In this document: positions 47,435-56,871 of the stretch, piece after piece
Layout: each line of letters opens with the position of its first letter
Position numbering within the stretch: the stretch's first letter is position 1
Origin: a virus
DNA length: 64,000 nt
Reading direction: 5' to 3' (one strand)
IMG/VR virus record: IMGVR_UViG_3300017917_000199
Span: 1-64,000 of that record
The notes under the pieces: model-generated
What the model was told of the DNA's origin: nothing
The model's database searches: none
The model's input: the letters and a program-made list of their open reading frames with translations, nothing else
Made by a program: the position numbers and the translations under genes

Positions 47435-48058
47435 TTAATGTACGCCTAAATGCTGTAATGCTAAATGGTAGTGATGCTCTCTATCAGCTAACCCAATAGT
47501 TCCACCATTAATGCGTTTTGTTAAGGTGACGAAATCATCACGGTCACAATATTGATTTAATTTATTATTATCCCAAAACCATCCTGCACTTGCTACGGCA
47601 CCGTTAGGTGTTTCTAAATAAGCAATAGTATCTTCGATAGACATGTCCAATGCTTCTGCAAACTTTGTGTAGTTTTCACGACCAGTCAATTGAATTAACC
47701 CACGTCCTCTAAATTTAAATCCATCCCCGCTTGCCTCATCACCGTTCTTCATGCGATTAGCGTAAACACGATTAGCAATCTTTTGTGGTTGACGTTCATA
47801 CTGTTTTGCTAATTCTTCAGTAGGAAAATACTTTTTAAATGTACCCATCAAACCCTTAGCACTGTAATTTAGATTTTCTACTACCGCAGTAAAGCCACCC
47901 GATTCGTGTGCTATCTGTGCTAAGAATCCTGCAACACGCTTTGGGTTCTCAAACATTTCATAATACTCAGCTACTGTATTCAATGGTTCTACATAACCTT
48001 CTAATGTAGAACGTTTTGTTTTTGGACACATTGCTTGTAATAATTCTAAAGTTATCAT
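47435..48058 (-). CDS. Glycoside hydrolase family 19 lysin
   Basis: FLAQIAHESGG, ENLNY, FRGRGLIQLTGR.NY, TKRINGG. Confidence 0.92.
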   Translation of the reverse strand: MITLELLQAMCPKTKRSTLEGYVEPLNTVAEYYEMFENPKRVAGFLAQIAHESGGFTAVVENLNYSAKGLMGTFKKYFPTEELAKQYERQPQKIANRVYANRMKNGDEASGDGFKFRGRGLIQLTGRENYTKFAEALDMSIEDTIAYLETPNGAVASAGWFWDNNKLNQYCDRDDFVTLTKRINGGTIGLADREHHYHLALQHLGVH

Positions 48059-48067
48059 TTAATTTCC

Positions 48068-50764
48068 TTATGCGTATGTTGCACCTACTGTATACCACTG
48101 AGTAGAACTTGATGCAATAAATTGTAATGAACTTGACGTAGGCATTGTTAATGCTGCGTTAGCTGCTTGTGAATTTATAATCGCGCTACTAGCAGGATAT
48201 ACCAATAAACTATTTGCGCTAGTGTTAACAATATTAATTACCATACCTGCTACTGCTGTAGGTAATACAACACCTTGACCAGTTGATACTGTAGATACGA
48301 TGTTGATTTCTTTTGTTAGCGGAGTCGCGTTACCTTGAACAGTTCCTGCGGCACTAATTCCAGTGTTTACTGAACGAATATGATAACCCGTTGTTATAAC
48401 ATTCCCACTTGTTATATTTCCAGATGAACTAACATTACCGAATATATTGCCAATTATATTACCTGCGTTAATATTACCAGATACAATCAAATATGATAAC
48501 GTACCAACTTCTGTAATGTTAGGTTGTGAAGATGCGGCTGTTGCAAATTTACCAGTAAAGAAATTTGCTGTTGCAAGATTTCCTAAATTAGCATTTACTG
48601 ATATGATATTCCCGCCTACAGTTAGTGCACCTGTTGTCTTGTTGAACGTTAAATTCGCGTTACCTGCATAAGTAGAACCACCGTCATTGAATATAACTTG
48701 AGTATTTGCACCTTGCGCCGGAACCAATGTTGCAGTGTCCCAAGACAATGAACCACTTCCGTTTGTTCGTAAGAATGCGCCATTAACGCCACCTGTAATA
48801 GTTACATTACCGTTAGGACCTAAGTTAGTCAAACCACTAACTGTAAGTCCTGTTAATGTACCTACACTAGTAACATTAGGTTGACTTGCAGTTGTTAGAC
48901 TACCTGTTAATCGTGTAGCTATTACACCTGTAGCACCTATGTTACCTACGTTAGCATTGCCCGTAACATTTAATGTACCTGCAACATTCACCCCAGTACT
49001 GGTTACAACCTGTACATTAGATACACCTGCAACACTCGTATTTACATTACCATTTAAATCTACAGAAACGTTGCTTGTTCCATTAACAATAAATGAACCT
49101 GCAGCTACTGAGATGTTGCTGATTTGCCAACCATCACCCGCTAAGTATGCTCCTTTAATTGTACCACTATTAGCATAAACATTACCTGCTACTACGTTAG
49201 CAGTTACAGCTAAAGCACTTAATGTACCTACACTAGTAATATTAGGTTGTGCATTAGTAGTTACTGTTCCAGCTGTAGTAGCACTTGTTGCGGTTGTAGC
49301 TGTTGTAGCTAAGCCTGCATTAGTTGCGTAAGTTGCATTTGCAACAGTTCCTGTAACATTACCACCTGCTATATTTGATAATCCACTACCGTCACCACTT
49401 ACATTAGTGAATACACCATTACTAGCACCAATATTACCAACATTAGCGTTACCAGAAACTGATAGTGTTGATAGTACACCTACACCAGTAATGTTGGGCT
49501 GTGTGGCGGTTGTTACTGTTCCGGCTGTAGTAGCGTTACCTGATAAGTTAGCTGTTATAACATTTGCTGAAAAACTTCCATTAGCATCACGAATGACAAC
49601 AGTATTAGGTGTTGCTGCACTGTCAGTTGTGTACCCGTCTAATAAATCAGCGTTTAAGTTTGCAACTTTGGTTGTACTAGATACTGATAGTGGTGCCGTG
49701 CCTGTCGCAATAGTAGAAATTAGTTGACCAGCAGTTATTAGGTTTGATCCAGTTATATTGCCAGAAGAATCTAGCGTACCAGCAACATTAACACCCGTTG
49801 ATTTAACTATTAATACGTTTGCGGTACCCGCTACACTTAAATTAATATTACCACTAGCTGCAGGAATATTTAAATTGCTCGTACCATTAGACAACGGGCT
49901 TACTAAGTTACCTATTACTACATTTGCTAGTGTAGTATCACCAGTTACATTTAATGTACCGGCAACATTGACACCCGTACTAGTTACAACGTGTACGTTA
50001 GCCACGCCGCCAACACTTGTATTAACATTACTATTTGTAACAACAATTACATTACTTGTACCGCCTTCAATTTTGTTACCGGCAGAAACTGACAAATTAG
50101 ATAATAGATAACCATCACCGCTGAAATAATTAGCTGTTACTAAATTACCTAAATTAGCATTTCCTGATGTGATATTTCCCGCAACACCTAAACTAGTTAA
50201 TGTACCTACACTTGTAATATTTGGTTGTGCATTAGTTGTTAATGTGCCTGTAAAGAAATTAGCACTTATCGAGTTTCCAGCTGTAATATTTCCTACATTA
50301 CTGTTACCGGTTACATTTAATGCACCTACTACTGATAGATTACTACCTACGTTTGCATAACCTGTTACTATTAGATTCCCTCCCACATTAGAGTTTCCTG
50401 TAACAGATGAATTTCCAGTTAATGACAAATTACCGGTAGATAAAGTTGGAGGAACGTCAATATATAATTGTTGCGATGTATTAGAAAGTATAGCAGTGGT
50501 TCCACCATTACTACCAATACCTACACTCAATGTCGATGTTCTTACTTGAACACACGCTAATGTAGCACTGACTACAACGTTTCCAGTGGGAGAACTAACG
50601 GATATACCGGCGCCTGGTGTATTGTTAACAGTAACAACACTACCTAAAATAGTTGTAGCGTATAGTTCGGAAAAGTTATTTTGTACCTTTTGAAACGCGG
50701 TTCGTATCGCATCTGCATCTGGATCGTCTGGAAACGCTCCAAAATCAATATATTGTTGTGCCAT
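48068..50764 (-). CDS. Tail fibre protein with internal repeats
   Basis: D.IR.AF.K...NF.ELY N-terminus; five QPN(I/V)T.VG.L repeats; NLNADLLDG. Confidence 0.8.
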   Translation of the reverse strand: MAQQYIDFGAFPDDPDADAIRTAFQKVQNNFSELYATTILGSVVTVNNTPGAGISVSSPTGNVVVSATLACVQVRTSTLSVGIGSNGGTTAILSNTSQQLYIDVPPTLSTGNLSLTGNSSVTGNSNVGGNLIVTGYANVGSNLSVVGALNVTGNSNVGNITAGNSISANFFTGTLTTNAQPNITSVGTLTSLGVAGNITSGNANLGNLVTANYFSGDGYLLSNLSVSAGNKIEGGTSNVIVVTNSNVNTSVGGVANVHVVTSTGVNVAGTLNVTGDTTLANVVIGNLVSPLSNGTSNLNIPAASGNINLSVAGTANVLIVKSTGVNVAGTLDSSGNITGSNLITAGQLISTIATGTAPLSVSSTTKVANLNADLLDGYTTDSAATPNTVVIRDANGSFSANVITANLSGNATTAGTVTTATQPNITGVGVLSTLSVSGNANVGNIGASNGVFTNVSGDGSGLSNIAGGNVTGTVANATYATNAGLATTATTATSATTAGTVTTNAQPNITSVGTLSALAVTANVVAGNVYANSGTIKGAYLAGDGWQISNISVAAGSFIVNGTSNVSVDLNGNVNTSVAGVSNVQVVTSTGVNVAGTLNVTGNANVGNIGATGVIATRLTGSLTTASQPNVTSVGTLTGLTVSGLTNLGPNGNVTITGGVNGAFLRTNGSGSLSWDTATLVPAQGANTQVIFNDGGSTYAGNANLTFNKTTGALTVGGNIISVNANLGNLATANFFTGKFATAASSQPNITEVGTLSYLIVSGNINAGNIIGNIFGNVSSSGNITSGNVITTGYHIRSVNTGISAAGTVQGNATPLTKEINIVSTVSTGQGVVLPTAVAGMVINIVNTSANSLLVYPASSAIINSQAANAALTMPTSSSLQFIASSSTQWYTVGATYA

Positions 50765-50814
50765 TTTTATATCACCTTATCTATTATTTATCGTTTTTAG
50801 ATAAATGGATGCCC

Positions 50815-50847
50815 AAAAAAATACCCGACTGTTGCCGGGTATTTTTA
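50815..50847 (-). terminator. Rho-independent terminator
   Basis: AAAAATACCCG...CGGGTATTTTTT inverted repeat. Confidence 0.75.
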
Positions 50848-50860
50848 ATTTAAGTTAGTA

Positions 50861-52981
50861 TCACTTGATACCTGCTAACTTTTTCCAGTCATTAACTGAT
50901 TCGTTAGTAGCACCATTGTAACCCATGCGGTCATTCTGACCTGCGATTACAGGGACTGTTGTTTGACCGGTTGATTTCTTCTTATTCAAACCACTAGAAA
51001 TAACATCAGTCATAAACTTGATATCAGTTTCAAATGTATCATCAGCACTGTTTGCATAAGATTCTTCTAAATCTTTTTCTTCTTCGGCTGCTGCTTCATA
51101 AGATGCTGCTTCAGCTTCGTGTTCACCTTTAGCGTAGTTTGCAGATGCTTCGTCTTCGGCAGCTTCTGCATTTTCGTCAGCAGAAGTTTCTTGTTCTTCT
51201 GTTTCGTCTTCTGCTACTTGGTAAGTACGTTGATCCATTGTTTCTGTTTCTTCAACAGCTTCTTCGTCATCACATCCGCAATCAGATTTTCCGCATGCAT
51301 CACATACTTCTTCGTGGTCTTCATCTTCAAAGTCGTGGTCATGACCAGCAAATCCTGCTTCTGGACCTTTTGGCTCAGCACCTACTACCTTTTTGATTAA
51401 GTTCATCATGCCATCATGGTCATCAACTACATCAATCTCAGCACCACCTGTACCGATTTCTGCAGGCTCACCTTTATCTACTGTCATTGGTGCTGCTGCA
51501 GGAGCTTCTTCACCACCAAACAAACCTAAACCAGCTTGCTTAATTAATGCTAATAGTTGGTCAGCTTCACCGTCTTGTGCAGTTACTGAAACTGAATCAG
51601 GCATTCCTTGTTGACCTTTACTGATAGAAACAGTCATACCTTCACTAACTTCTTCTTTACCTTCTAGTAAAGCATTTAGTTCTTTGTCCCATGATTCAAA
51701 AGCAAATGGGCTTTCAGTTACTTTAGCATCATAATTTGTTTTGTCTGTAAATGTTTTGCCACCAACACTGAACTTACCACCTTTTGGTGTCTTGGCAAGT
51801 GCTGCTGTAAATGCATTGCCTTCTTCTACACCATCGTGTTCAGCTTGGTCAGCCATGCCACTTACTGTTGCTGGAGGTGTTGTTTCACCTACATAACCTT
51901 GTATTGGCATCTGTCCATAGCACTCATCTAGACCTTCTTTGTAGCCTTCGTGATAATGTCTTGCTTCTTCCATATCGTCATAACGGCAGTTATAACCTTC
52001 TTTTGCAAGAGCATGTGCCTTACCTGCTAATCTTGCAGATTGTAATTTATGATTCATACCTTCATCAACTTTCTTTTTGTCTTGTGCGGCTTTTTTCATT
52101 GACTCTTTCTTGTTGCCGTCTTTGTCTAAATCTAAGAAGTCAGGTTTAGCTTTACCTTCTAATGTAGTTGCGCTACGTCCTGCACCTAATCCTGCACCTG
52201 CTGTGCTATCATCTGTAGGGATCGTACCTTCTTCAATGCTTTCATGTGTAGCACGTAGTTTAGCTAACACTGCACCCGCTACTTTTTCACCGCGTTCTTT
52301 AGAACCATAACGCTTTGCAGCGTCAGCAGCAATCTTAGCAAATTGCTTACCTGGCTTACCGATATCTTTACCAGCACGCGCTTTCTTAGCACTGTAATCA
52401 CCTGTAGCTTCATCCATGTCATCTTCTGACATAGTTTGTTGACCTTGTTGTACAGGCTGACCTGGTTTTTGTTGTTGAGTAGGAACAACAATCTGTGCTT
52501 TCTTTTGTTGTGCTAGTTTACTGATAGCATCTTTCATTGCTTGACCAGCAGGACTGTTATCATCAATGTGTAAGAAGCCTGCGCCAGTTTGCTGTGTGTC
52601 GCCTTGCTTACCAACTACTGGAATAGCTTGTTGAGCCATCATTTCATTCAATGCTGCATCCATTGAATCAAAATATTCTTTTAGTCTGTGCTTCTTAGAA
52701 ACAGTGCCTACTTCTTTCTTAGGCTTTTGTCCAGCACCTAAAGCAGCACCAAGACTCTTAGTATCAAACTTTTTCTCTTCGCCTGTCTCACTGTCAGCAT
52801 TCTTCTTAGGACGACCGCGACCCTTTTTAGGTGCATCAGCTTTTACTTTTTTGCCTTCAGAATCTTCATCGTCTTTGCGACCATAGCCACCTGGCTCAGC
52901 AGTGTGAATACGACCTTTACCTGTTTCTTTTGTAGCTTCATTCAACTGGTCTAGTTGTGATAATAAACTTTTGAAATCCAT
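50861..52981 (-). CDS. Large acidic modular protein (putative prohead core or internal protein)
   Basis: Highly charged; KPDFLDLDKDG motif; many [ILV]xE sites. Confidence 0.65.
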   Translation of the reverse strand: MDFKSLLSQLDQLNEATKETGKGRIHTAEPGGYGRKDDEDSEGKKVKADAPKKGRGRPKKNADSETGEEKKFDTKSLGAALGAGQKPKKEVGTVSKKHRLKEYFDSMDAALNEMMAQQAIPVVGKQGDTQQTGAGFLHIDDNSPAGQAMKDAISKLAQQKKAQIVVPTQQQKPGQPVQQGQQTMSEDDMDEATGDYSAKKARAGKDIGKPGKQFAKIAADAAKRYGSKERGEKVAGAVLAKLRATHESIEEGTIPTDDSTAGAGLGAGRSATTLEGKAKPDFLDLDKDGNKKESMKKAAQDKKKVDEGMNHKLQSARLAGKAHALAKEGYNCRYDDMEEARHYHEGYKEGLDECYGQMPIQGYVGETTPPATVSGMADQAEHDGVEEGNAFTAALAKTPKGGKFSVGGKTFTDKTNYDAKVTESPFAFESWDKELNALLEGKEEVSEGMTVSISKGQQGMPDSVSVTAQDGEADQLLALIKQAGLGLFGGEEAPAAAPMTVDKGEPAEIGTGGAEIDVVDDHDGMMNLIKKVVGAEPKGPEAGFAGHDHDFEDEDHEEVCDACGKSDCGCDDEEAVEETETMDQRTYQVAEDETEEQETSADENAEAAEDEASANYAKGEHEAEAASYEAAAEEEKDLEESYANSADDTFETDIKFMTDVISSGLNKKKSTGQTTVPVIAGQNDRMGYNGATNESVNDWKKLAGIK

Positions 52982-52992
52982 TTTAGTTATCC

Positions 52993-53622
52993 TTATTTGT
53001 TAAAACTAGCACCAGTTTTAGGTTTTGCTGGGCGTGTGATTGTAGTCATTGGACTCTTTGCACCTAACTTATCGTCAGATAGATATGGTTTGAAAGGGTC
53101 AAACGCATCAGGTGTTTCTTTAGCAGCATATTGCATTTCAATCTTATCATCTTTAGATTGATCCTTAATACTCTGTAAATATGAATCACCGTATGCTTTA
53201 GCAGCTTCTTTAGCACCAGGCTGTTCTTCCATTTCTTCGTGTGTAAGAACTGGGTTGTGATCCATTTCGTTTGCGTATCCTGCCATTTCGCTGTTGATGC
53301 TATCATCAAAGCTAGAACTAATACAACGAACCATATTTACGTTATAACCTAATAGTTGAGCAATTTGCTGAACCATTGGCTCTGTAGCTGGATATCTAAA
53401 TTCGCACTTTAGAATAGTTACAGACTGATTCGCCAAGTTAGGAAAACCATATGGGTCTTTTTGTATAGGTGTTTGAACTGGGTCAGAGATTTTAACTGGG
53501 TCAAACTTCTTCAAATTGTATTTGAACAAGTCAACAAAGTTTTTATCAACATCACCGGCGATTTTGATAGTGTAATTGTAAGTCTTTACACTTTCCATTA
53601 TGTATTGTTTGAGGCTTCGCAT
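52993..53622 (-). CDS. Hypothetical putative head protein
   Basis: Start MRSLKQYIMES at 53622 with SD AGGA and TAAATA 53643-53648. Confidence 0.7.
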   Translation of the reverse strand: MRSLKQYIMESVKTYNYTIKIAGDVDKNFVDLFKYNLKKFDPVKISDPVQTPIQKDPYGFPNLANQSVTILKCEFRYPATEPMVQQIAQLLGYNVNMVRCISSSFDDSINSEMAGYANEMDHNPVLTHEEMEEQPGAKEAAKAYGDSYLQSIKDQSKDDKIEMQYAAKETPDAFDPFKPYLSDDKLGAKSPMTTITRPAKPKTGASFNK

Positions 53623-53648
53623 CGTGTTATTCCTGTATTCAGTATTTA

Positions 53649-54131
53649 TCATTTCTCATCGGTTTTTGAGTTGAGCATTCTTAGTAATTCGTTCCTATCT
53701 AATGATTTACCCTCACCGACTGGAGTGTTTTCAATTTCTTCTGTTTTGCTAGCAAGTTTTTGGTCTAGTTGTGCTTTCTTTAACTGCAAATCAAGCATTT
53801 TTAGCTTTTTATTAATCTTTGCTGTCTTAGCTGTGATAGCGTGTCCTAGCATAGAACTAGCACTATTGAATATTTCACTAGCAAAACGACTATCAACTTG
53901 CATACCTAGATCCATTAAGTCTTTATAACTGCTAGTGGCAAGTTGTGCTAACTCGTCCATTTCTCCATCCGCAGCTTCTAAACCTTTAACTTGAGGTAAT
54001 GCATTTTCAATCTTTTCTAAGTTATTCAATGCTTCTGTTGTTATTTCTTCTGCATCCTGAGGAATGTTCAGCATAACACCGCTAGTGTCATCTTCAGGAA
54101 GTTCAAATAATTCGTTGAGTTTTTTGGTCAT
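53649..54131 (-). CDS. Helical hypothetical protein (possibly small-terminase-like)
   Basis: ORF; function guessed from size, helical pattern and context only. Confidence 0.5.
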   Translation of the reverse strand: MTKKLNELFELPEDDTSGVMLNIPQDAEEITTEALNNLEKIENALPQVKGLEAADGEMDELAQLATSSYKDLMDLGMQVDSRFASEIFNSASSMLGHAITAKTAKINKKLKMLDLQLKKAQLDQKLASKTEEIENTPVGEGKSLDRNELLRMLNSKTDEK

Positions 54132-54143
54132 GAAAGTATTTAT

Positions 54144-54581
54144 TTACTTACGTGAACCATTTCTAAAAAGGTCATCTTCTGTGATTACACGAAACGTATA
54201 ACCTTGCTGTTTGCAGTAAGCAGTTGCTGCTTGCCACTTAGCATGATTGATAGCTACAATAGCCCTGTCTTTAGCACTAGCTACTCTACTTTCAATAAGA
54301 CTCTGTTTCTTTGGTTTTATTTCCACAATTTCAGCAAGTTGTCTGCCGTGTTTGTTTTGATATACTACGAAAAAGTCAGGAACGTAACGTGACATTTTTC
54401 CAGTCAATGGGTGACGATAAGGTACTGATATAGCTTCACTGGCCCAATACAATATATTTGCATTGTTATCGCAGAAGTTCATAAATGTAAGTTCCCAGCC
54501 ACTACGATATTTAGGCTTATGATTCCCTACATATTTCTGAGGGTTCTTGGGAGTAAAGATTCCTTGTGCCCAGTTTCCCAT
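54144..54581 (-). CDS. Head completion nuclease (T4 gp4/TnsA-like)
   Basis: PKNPQKY.G, YRSGWE, WASE, YVPDF, EIKP, N.AKW, ITE. Confidence 0.88.
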   Translation of the reverse strand: MGNWAQGIFTPKNPQKYVGNHKPKYRSGWELTFMNFCDNNANILYWASEAISVPYRHPLTGKMSRYVPDFFVVYQNKHGRQLAEIVEIKPKKQSLIESRVASAKDRAIVAINHAKWQAATAYCKQQGYTFRVITEDDLFRNGSRK

Positions 54582-54583
54582 GA

Positions 54584-54943
54584 TTATTGCACTATGTTAC
54601 GTGCCACTGGTTGATTAGATTGTGGTATTGTACTAATACCATATAAACTAGTTTTAGATTTGAAACTGTTCATGTAATATGCCATTGTTCTGTTCATATC
54701 CATTTTAGTTCCACTCTGCAAACTTTGTAATAAATCTAAAATATAGATATTTGTTTCTTGTGCGATTCTAAAAAGAAACGCGGTAAAGTTGTTGGCAATT
54801 TGATTAGTTGCACACACTGATCTGAAGTATCCATTAACTACATCATACTCACTAGGATTAACGACCAAGTCTATTGAATAAAAATCGTCAAATATTCTTA
54901 TTGTTTGGTCTAAACCTGATCTTGAATCTATAATTTTTGGCAT
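54584..54943 (-). CDS. Hypothetical protein
   Basis: ORF in virion operon. Confidence 0.65.
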   Translation of the reverse strand: MPKIIDSRSGLDQTIRIFDDFYSIDLVVNPSEYDVVNGYFRSVCATNQIANNFTAFLFRIAQETNIYILDLLQSLQSGTKMDMNRTMAYYMNSFKSKTSLYGISTIPQSNQPVARNIVQ

Positions 54944-54950
54944 AATATTT

Positions 54951-56153
54951 TTAATCTCTTACCGGAGGAGGACTTGATCTACCTGTTGTTTGCCCAGCTT
55001 GTCCTGGTCCAGGTGTTTGACCTGTTACAGGGAACTGGAATAAATTATTTCTATTTGGAGTATTTAATACTGAATTATACACACCTGCTTTAAGTTCTTG
55101 ACTTGCAACATTTTTAATATTAAGGTTCTTGAAAGTGTTATATGCAGTACCAGCTTTCTGTATTGCGGCTATTGGATTTATGTTACCATTTTCATCGGGA
55201 GTCAAATCTTGTAATATACCATTAGCAGCATCTACTAATCCACCTTGACCTAATATCGTTGATTGAGAACCAGGTCTTGCTATAGGACTCAATGTTCTGT
55301 CATACAATCCAAGATTACCGAATGTTGTAATAATGTCGCTTGGATTTCTACCATTGATTGCACCGTCAAAATATTTGACAGTTTCATAATCAACTGTCAT
55401 TTTATTTTCCATTACACCTTGACCTTCACTATAATTATATTGGTCGTGTGAGTATCTAGTAATGATGGGATTTACTAATGTATAAGCAGAAAATTTATGT
55501 TGATTAAAACCAAATATAGTTATATTTCTAAAGAAAGGAGGTTTTGTTTCTCCGGTCGATGTTGCGGTATTGCTATTAATGCTTCTAGCAGTCTCGCCGA
55601 TATAGCCCCAAGAATTGTCACCTTCAATTTCTTGAGGTGTAGCATATTGGGTTCTTTTAGAATAATCTTTAACTAATTTTCCATTGTTTGGAATAACTTT
55701 AGTAGGCTCACCCAATGATCTTCCGGCTGATATATTAACTGGTCTATTGGGATCATTGTAATAATATGAATAGTAACTATACCATAGATTTCTTGCTAAG
55801 TTTCCATTGTCATCATGGAACGTGATATCTATTGGATCATACTTAATTTTTGTTTGTACAATTCTTTTACGATTGTACTGATTCATTTGGTGTGTTTCTA
55901 GTGTAAAGTTAGGCAATGCTGCACTTTTAACAGTGAGAGACAAATTATTTGTTGTCCCTATATTAGAAAATGTAGTAACTTCAGGATTAATATCAAATAC
56001 AACGTGAAATAAAAATTTGAGTTTAGGTGCATACTGATAAGAATTGCTTCTAAAAGTTTGCGCTGCATGGGTATAATCACGAAGGTAATCGCTGCCGAAG
56101 AAAGCTCCGGCAGCGTCACGTAATTGGTTTTGTGCCCAGTTACCTAAACTCAT
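54951..56153 (-). CDS. Tail-tube-fold baseplate/tube initiator protein
   Basis: LP.F.LET..MNQYNRK, YDPI.ITFHDD, NP.I; follows tail tube. Confidence 0.65.
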   Translation of the reverse strand: MSLGNWAQNQLRDAAGAFFGSDYLRDYTHAAQTFRSNSYQYAPKLKFLFHVVFDINPEVTTFSNIGTTNNLSLTVKSAALPNFTLETHQMNQYNRKRIVQTKIKYDPIDITFHDDNGNLARNLWYSYYSYYYNDPNRPVNISAGRSLGEPTKVIPNNGKLVKDYSKRTQYATPQEIEGDNSWGYIGETARSINSNTATSTGETKPPFFRNITIFGFNQHKFSAYTLVNPIITRYSHDQYNYSEGQGVMENKMTVDYETVKYFDGAINGRNPSDIITTFGNLGLYDRTLSPIARPGSQSTILGQGGLVDAANGILQDLTPDENGNINPIAAIQKAGTAYNTFKNLNIKNVASQELKAGVYNSVLNTPNRNNLFQFPVTGQTPGPGQAGQTTGRSSPPPVRD

Positions 56154-56162
56154 AATTTAAAT

Positions 56163-56807
56163 TTAAGCAGCTTGGTTAGAACCGATACCTGTTGTAGAAC
56201 CAGTAGCTCCACTTAATGCACGACCTACACTTGTTCCTACACCAGAACTCAATGGTGACTGAACTGCATTATCGTAACGAATTGTCAAAGAAATTGTTAC
56301 AACATCGTTAGTTCCATAATTTAATGTATTGTAATTAGCTGCTTGGATGAAGCATCCATAGCATTCCCAAGTTTCTAATACTGTAGGAACTGCTGTACCG
56401 TTACCACCGTCTAAGATTTCAATGTTTGTCTGGAATTTGTAATCTTGGCCAGTAGCTGCTGATGCTTGCTCAACAAAGTCTAATTGTTTCTGTAGTTGTT
56501 GACCAACTAACTTAGAAACTTGTCCACCTGCATCATCTCTAATGTTAACTGTCAATGCTGTCCACTCATGGCGACCAGCTAGATACATTGTAGAGTTGTA
56601 TACGGGAATACTAATTTCACCGAAACTAACTTGTGGGCGATTGATATCAATAACTTGCTTTGTTAGTTCGATTGTGTTTCCAATACCTAAATTCAAAAAG
56701 TTGACTCTGAAACGGTATTGTAATTTGGGCATCAACAAACCTTGGTTACCACCAGCGTTATCTGATGCTACGGTCATGTTGAACAATGATTGAGAGGCTG
56801 TTGCCAT
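56163..56807 (-). CDS. Tail tube protein (gp19-like)
   Basis: PKLQYRFRV, YLAGR.EW, W..YGC, LTIRYD; directly downstream of sheath. Confidence 0.82.
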   Translation of the reverse strand: MATASQSLFNMTVASDNAGGNQGLLMPKLQYRFRVNFLNLGIGNTIELTKQVIDINRPQVSFGEISIPVYNSTMYLAGRHEWTALTVNIRDDAGGQVSKLVGQQLQKQLDFVEQASAATGQDYKFQTNIEILDGGNGTAVPTVLETWECYGCFIQAANYNTLNYGTNDVVTISLTIRYDNAVQSPLSSGVGTSVGRALSGATGSTTGIGSNQAA

Positions 56808-56846
56808 TTCGTTTCTCCTATAATCTTATTTATCTCTTTAACTGAT

Positions 56847-56862
56847 GCCCCCTTTCGGGGGC
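56847..56862 (-). other. GNRA hairpin between sheath and tube genes (no U tract)
   Basis: GCCCCC-GAAA-GGGGGC. Confidence 0.55.
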
Positions 56863-56871
56863 TTTCAATTA

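Noticed and set aside
48068-50764. Tail-fibre DNA repeats as a CRISPR array or DGR template/variable pair
   Set aside because: They are in-frame protein repeats, degenerate and irregularly spaced; no reverse transcriptase or cas gene is in the window
56847-56862. GCCCCC-GAAA-GGGGGC as a terminator or third copy of the pstS repeat
   Set aside because: No U tract on the coding strand and the flanks differ from the 27-bp repeat; more likely a stability or processing hairpin
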